Assembly (NCBI GenBank): GCA_965216875.1
Contig: OZ244207.1
Coordinates: 6,752,001-6,816,000 of the forward strand
DNA from: Rubripirellula sp.
GTDB taxonomy: Bacteria; Planctomycetota; Planctomycetia; Pirellulales; Pirellulaceae
DNA: 64,000 bases
Direction of reading: 5' to 3'
Part shown: in pieces, positions 60,212 through 64,000 of the stretch
How positions within the stretch are numbered: position 1 is the stretch's first letter
Layout of the letters: each line of letters opens with the position of its first letter
Translations under genes and position numbers: made by a program
The notes under the pieces: model-generated
The model's input: the letters and a program-made list of their open reading frames with translations, nothing else
Database searches by the model: none
What the model was told of the DNA's origin: nothing

Positions 60212-60357
60212 GTAGTGGACGAGGCGACGAGTCCTTGGGGTAATGAGTGCCTTGGTGGATGTCTGCAAGAGTGGGTGTCGGCGAGAAGAGAATGAGGACT
60301 CGTGGCCTCGTCCACTACCGAGAGTGAAAGATGGGGACTCGTGGCCTCGTCCACTAC
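60212..60357. repeat. three GTAG-type REP units (family B)
   Basis: gtagtggacgaggcgacgagtcc at 60212; inverted copies at 60296-60318 and 60335-60357. Confidence 0.88.
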
Positions 60358-60393
60358 GAAGAGATAACGCTTAAGAAATAGGAATGATTCGAT

Positions 60394-60987
60394 ATGGTTC
60401 GTACTGCTAGCACAATGTTGCCGCTTGGCACGGCAGCTCCCGACTTTACTTTGCCCGATACCGATGGAAACCAAGTGAGTCTTGGCGACTACGCGGGCAG
60501 CAAAGCATTGTTGGTCATTTTCATGTGCAACCACTGCCCCTACGTCAAGCACGTGGCTGATCAGCTTAAGTCGCTTACCGACGACTACATCAAACAAGGT
60601 GTGGCGGTGGTCGCGATCAGCAGCAACGATGCGGACAAGTATCCCGACGATTCACCTGCAGCGATGAAGCAGGAAAAAGCGGATCGTGGGTACGACTTTG
60701 CGTACCTCTATGACGGTGACCAAAGCGTCGCACAGGCTTACGCGGCTGCTTGCACTCCTGACTTTTTCCTGTTCGATGGCGAGCAAAAGTTGGCGTATCG
60801 CGGGCAGCTCGATTCGAGCCGACCCAAGAACGATGTTCCCGTGACCGGCGAAGATCTGCGCGCGGCGCTCGATGCAGTGGTTGCCGGTGAGAAGCCAAGC
60901 GACCAGCAAGTCCCTTCGCTCGGATGCAACATCAAGTGGAAAGAAGGCAACGAACCTCAGTACTTCAATCCGCAAGGCACGGCGTGA
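60394..60987 (+). CDS. thioredoxin-fold (AhpC/TSA, redoxin) protein
   Basis: APDFTL, CNHCPYV, AACTPDFF, GCNIKW. Confidence 0.92.
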   Translation: MVRTASTMLPLGTAAPDFTLPDTDGNQVSLGDYAGSKALLVIFMCNHCPYVKHVADQLKSLTDDYIKQGVAVVAISSNDADKYPDDSPAAMKQEKADRGYDFAYLYDGDQSVAQAYAAACTPDFFLFDGEQKLAYRGQLDSSRPKNDVPVTGEDLRAALDAVVAGEKPSDQQVPSLGCNIKWKEGNEPQYFNPQGTA

Positions 60988-61973
60988 TTGATTCGCAAGG
61001 CGACGGCAATGACAACGCGGCCGATGACGCTGGCGCCGACTCGAAAGGTGTTCCCTACCTTCAAGAGTTAACGTTGCGATTGGCCGTCGGTGCGTCGCTG
61101 ATCGATGAACCGGTTCGGCAAAAGCACGCGAGTTGGCTGGCCGCCCAGCAGCGCGAGGATGGCGGATTCGCCGGCCGCGAAGGCGAAAGCGATCCCTACT
61201 ACACCGCGTTCGCTTTGCGCGCACTTTGGATCTTGGGGGCTTTGGATGAATCGATTGGAGGTCGAGCTGCTGCTTTTCTGAAAACGCGGATGGCGGGACG
61301 CGAGTCGATCATCGACCTGATTTCGTTGATCTTTGCCGCGGCCATTTGCGAGATGGCAACGGGGCACGTCGTGATCGAGGATGATGACGTTGCCTGGCGT
61401 GACAACGTGGCGAAGTTGACTCAGTCGCTAAGAACCGATGACGGTGGGTTTGCAAAATCGCCTGAAGGTCGCGCCGGCAGCACCTATCAAACGTTCCTTA
61501 CAGTGCTCTGCCACGAGCTGATCGAAGTGCCCGTTCCCGACTCTGACAAGATGATCGGTTTTTTGGAGCGGCAAGCACATGCCGAAGGCGGTTACCTCGA
61601 GATTCGTGCGGCCAAGCGTGCCGGGGTCAATCCAACCGCAGCGGCGATCGGCACACTCAAGACGCTCGGTAAGCTCGATCCGACCCAGCATCAAGCGACC
61701 GCCGAGTTTTTGGCCGACATGCAATCGGACGAAGGTGGCTTGGCGGCGAACACGAGAATTCCTTTTGCCGATCTGCTAAGCACCTTTACGGGGTTATTGA
61801 CGTTGGTTGACTTGAATGCGATCGATCGCGTGGATGTCGCGCGAGCCAAACAGTACGCCGAATCGATGCAAGCGGCTGGCGGCGGGTTCACTGGCTTCGC
61901 ACTCGACGAAACCGCGGATGTTGAATACTCGTTTTATGGCGTGGCGACGCTTGCGCTTTGCAATTTGGTCTAG
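60984..61973 (+). CDS. prenyltransferase/squalene oxidase repeat protein
   Basis: five Q/R-x-x-[DE]GG[FYL]-type repeats; GTG start overlapping the upstream stop (GTGA). Confidence 0.85.
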   Translation: MIDSQGDGNDNAADDAGADSKGVPYLQELTLRLAVGASLIDEPVRQKHASWLAAQQREDGGFAGREGESDPYYTAFALRALWILGALDESIGGRAAAFLKTRMAGRESIIDLISLIFAAAICEMATGHVVIEDDDVAWRDNVAKLTQSLRTDDGGFAKSPEGRAGSTYQTFLTVLCHELIEVPVPDSDKMIGFLERQAHAEGGYLEIRAAKRAGVNPTAAAIGTLKTLGKLDPTQHQATAEFLADMQSDEGGLAANTRIPFADLLSTFTGLLTLVDLNAIDRVDVARAKQYAESMQAAGGGFTGFALDETADVEYSFYGVATLALCNLV

Positions 61974-62018
61974 AGAAAGAGAGAACGGCACGAGGCGAAC
62001 GTCTCGCGCTCATGAATC

Positions 62019-62702
62019 ATGTCTGACGCTGTCACCGAGTTGAATGTCGTTGAGGTCACCAAGTCGTTTCCAACGGCAGGCGACCCACTGGAAGTGTTGA
62101 CGGGCGTCTCGCTGTCGCTTCGCGGTGGCGATTCGGTGGCGATCGTTGGTCCGAGCGGCAGCGGCAAGAGTACGCTGATGCAAATCTTGGGGACGCTTGA
62201 TCGTCCCGATGGCGGAAGCGTCACCATCGACGGGGCCGATCCGTTTGCACTTGGTGAAAACGAGCTTGCCCAGTTTCGAAACGAACACGTCGGCTTCATT
62301 TTCCAAGATCACCACCTGTTGCCTCAACTGACGGTGGTCGAAAACGTCCTGGTTCCGACCTTGGCCTTTGGCAGCCCGAGCGACGAGGATCTGGGGCATG
62401 CCGACGAACTTTTGGCCTCGGTCGGGCTCGCCGACCGCAAGGGACATTTGCCCAGCGAGCTTTCTGGCGGTGAGCGGGAACGGGTGGCAATTGCTCGCGC
62501 CCTGTTGATGAAACCGTCGCTGATCTTGGCCGACGAGCCGACGGGCAACTTGGACCGCCGCACCGCCGATGCGGTGACCGAATTACTGCTCGATCTCCAG
62601 CAGCGGTCGGGAGCCATTCTGATTAGCGTCACGCACAGCGAGGTGATGGCCGGGGCGATGGGCAGCCAGAGACGATTGCTTGACGGGAAATTGGTCGAGT
62701 AA
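62019..62702 (+). CDS. ABC transporter ATP-binding protein (LolD/MacB-like)
   Basis: GPSGSGKST, LSGGE, LADEPTGNLD, VTH. Confidence 0.92.
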   Translation: MSDAVTELNVVEVTKSFPTAGDPLEVLTGVSLSLRGGDSVAIVGPSGSGKSTLMQILGTLDRPDGGSVTIDGADPFALGENELAQFRNEHVGFIFQDHHLLPQLTVVENVLVPTLAFGSPSDEDLGHADELLASVGLADRKGHLPSELSGGERERVAIARALLMKPSLILADEPTGNLDRRTADAVTELLLDLQQRSGAILISVTHSEVMAGAMGSQRRLLDGKLVE

Positions 62703-62740
62703 CGCCGCGGATTGGAGTGGCGTTGCCGCGAGGTGACGTG

Positions 62741-62856
62741 CCAACAATCACCCTCCCGCTCGCGGGAGGGTCGGACGCAAAGTCTGGGGAGGGAATGATC
62801 CCTCGATAGACAAACCCTCTCTGGGCCTTAGAGCCCGACTTTTCTAAGGGAGAGTC
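62741..62856 (+). repeat. family A element, copy 4
   Basis: ccaacaatcaccctcccgctcgcgggagggtcggacgcaaagtctggggaggg...gggccttagagccc. Confidence 0.9.
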
Positions 62857-63167
62857 TTCAAACTCGCTGTCTCGAAGCCCAGTGCAAAATGGTTGGGGGG
62901 AACTTGCGCAGAAGCTCTTGCCAAAACGACCCAAAAAGACGACACTTTCCCGCTTCCCCGAATCCGTAGCGTGACCACTGGGCCTTGAACGTCGAGGCCT
63001 TGCTTTGTTTTGGGATGTGAGCACCTTGCGTGCCCCCCGGACGATGGATCACGCCCCGGCGATGCCAACGAAATGGCTATAGAAGCCAATCTTGATGCCA
63101 ACTAGATGGCAAATCGCCACATTTCCAAGCTATTTGCGCTTCAACCAAGCGCCGAAAGGTACTGCAC

Positions 63168-63776
63168 ATGGCTCGATATACCGGCCCAAAAGCACGCATC
63201 AACCGTCGTCTCGGCACCCTGATCTACGAAACCGCTGGATCGGCACGAGCATTGGATCGTCGTCCCAACCCTCCCGGGATGCACGTTCGCGGTCGCCGCC
63301 CGAGTAACTACGGGATGGCGTTGATGGAGAAGCAAAAGATCAAGCACTACTACGGCCTGGGTGAGCGTCAGCTTCGTCGCTACTTTGACGCCGTCGGCCG
63401 CAAGCCAGGCAACACCGGTGAGTTGTTGCTGTTGATGTGCGAGCGTCGTTTGGACAATGTGATTCGTCGGGTTGGATTCACCAAGACTCGCCCACAGGCT
63501 CGCCAAGGCGTTGCCCACGGTCACTTCACCGTCAACGGCGTGAAGGTCACCAAGCCAAGCTACCTGCTTCGTCCTGGTGACATCATCGAAGTTCGTGGTC
63601 GCGAGAACCTAAAGAATCTTTACCGCGGTGTGATCTCCAACGCGGCTCCCGATGCACTCGACTGGGTCTCGTTTGACAGCGAAAACCTGAAAGCAACCGT
63701 GCTCGGTTTGCCCGGACCAACCGACATCAGCCTGCCGGTTGACGCGAACGCGGTGGTCGAATTCCTGTCGCGTTAA
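63168..63776 (+). CDS. rpsD: 30S ribosomal protein S4 (zinc-free form)
   Basis: MARYTGP, EKQK, ERRLDNV..R.GF, QARQ..HGH. Confidence 0.97.
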   Translation: MARYTGPKARINRRLGTLIYETAGSARALDRRPNPPGMHVRGRRPSNYGMALMEKQKIKHYYGLGERQLRRYFDAVGRKPGNTGELLLLMCERRLDNVIRRVGFTKTRPQARQGVAHGHFTVNGVKVTKPSYLLRPGDIIEVRGRENLKNLYRGVISNAAPDALDWVSFDSENLKATVLGLPGPTDISLPVDANAVVEFLSR

Positions 63777-64000
63777 TCGATCTTTCATGGAGCACCAAGC
63801 GGTCCATCGATCATGGTCCGCTTGGTCATTGAAAGAAGAAAGCTTTGGTACCGATTGGCGTGGCGGGTCGTTCGGTACAATGTTTGTCGGTGTGAGAGAC
63901 AAGCCCGTTTTCTGCGTGCTTTGATCGCCGGCCGTTCGCATCCACAGATGCTCTCCTGCAATCCGTTTAGCCAGTTTCCCAATGCACAGTCCTGTTGTTG

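Noticed and set aside
60212..60357. Possible CRISPR array (23-bp repeats with variable gaps)
   Set aside because: Mixed orientation, irregular spacing and GTAG ends indicate REP elements
1..64000. tRNA, rRNA, integrase, transposase, prophage or known defence genes
   Set aside because: None recognised by eye; tRNAscan-SE, Infernal/Rfam and DefenseFinder runs would be needed to exclude them formally

Overview
A gene-dense 64-kb window of a bacterial chromosome. The gene content points to a planctomycete of the Pirellulaceae type (Rhodopirellula/Stieleria-like): DUF1559 prepilin-like proteins, a PSD1/planctomycete cytochrome c gene with DUF1501, and SpoVG with a zinc ribbon. About 49 CDSs are supported. 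Core genes are an lpxD-lpxI-ispE-spoVG-rsmF-like run, lpdA, recG, a topoisomerase IV-like A/B pair, tadA/B/C, nei, fabI and rpsD. Accessory genes include a DUF6384-like gene with a coiled-coil partner, an LRR membrane protein with a DUF4034-like lipoprotein, a kinase-like membrane protein, a Gfo/Idh/MocA-cyclase fusion beside two tandem DUF1559 paralogs, and several small secreted Tyr/His/Cys-rich proteins around the Tad locus. Intergenic DNA carries at least five families of REP-like palindromic repeats, one of them nested inside another. I found no rRNA, tRNA, CRISPR array, transposase or prophage gene. All family calls come from motif recognition by eye and none was checked against a database. 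No single novel system is proven here; the best candidates are listed under findings.
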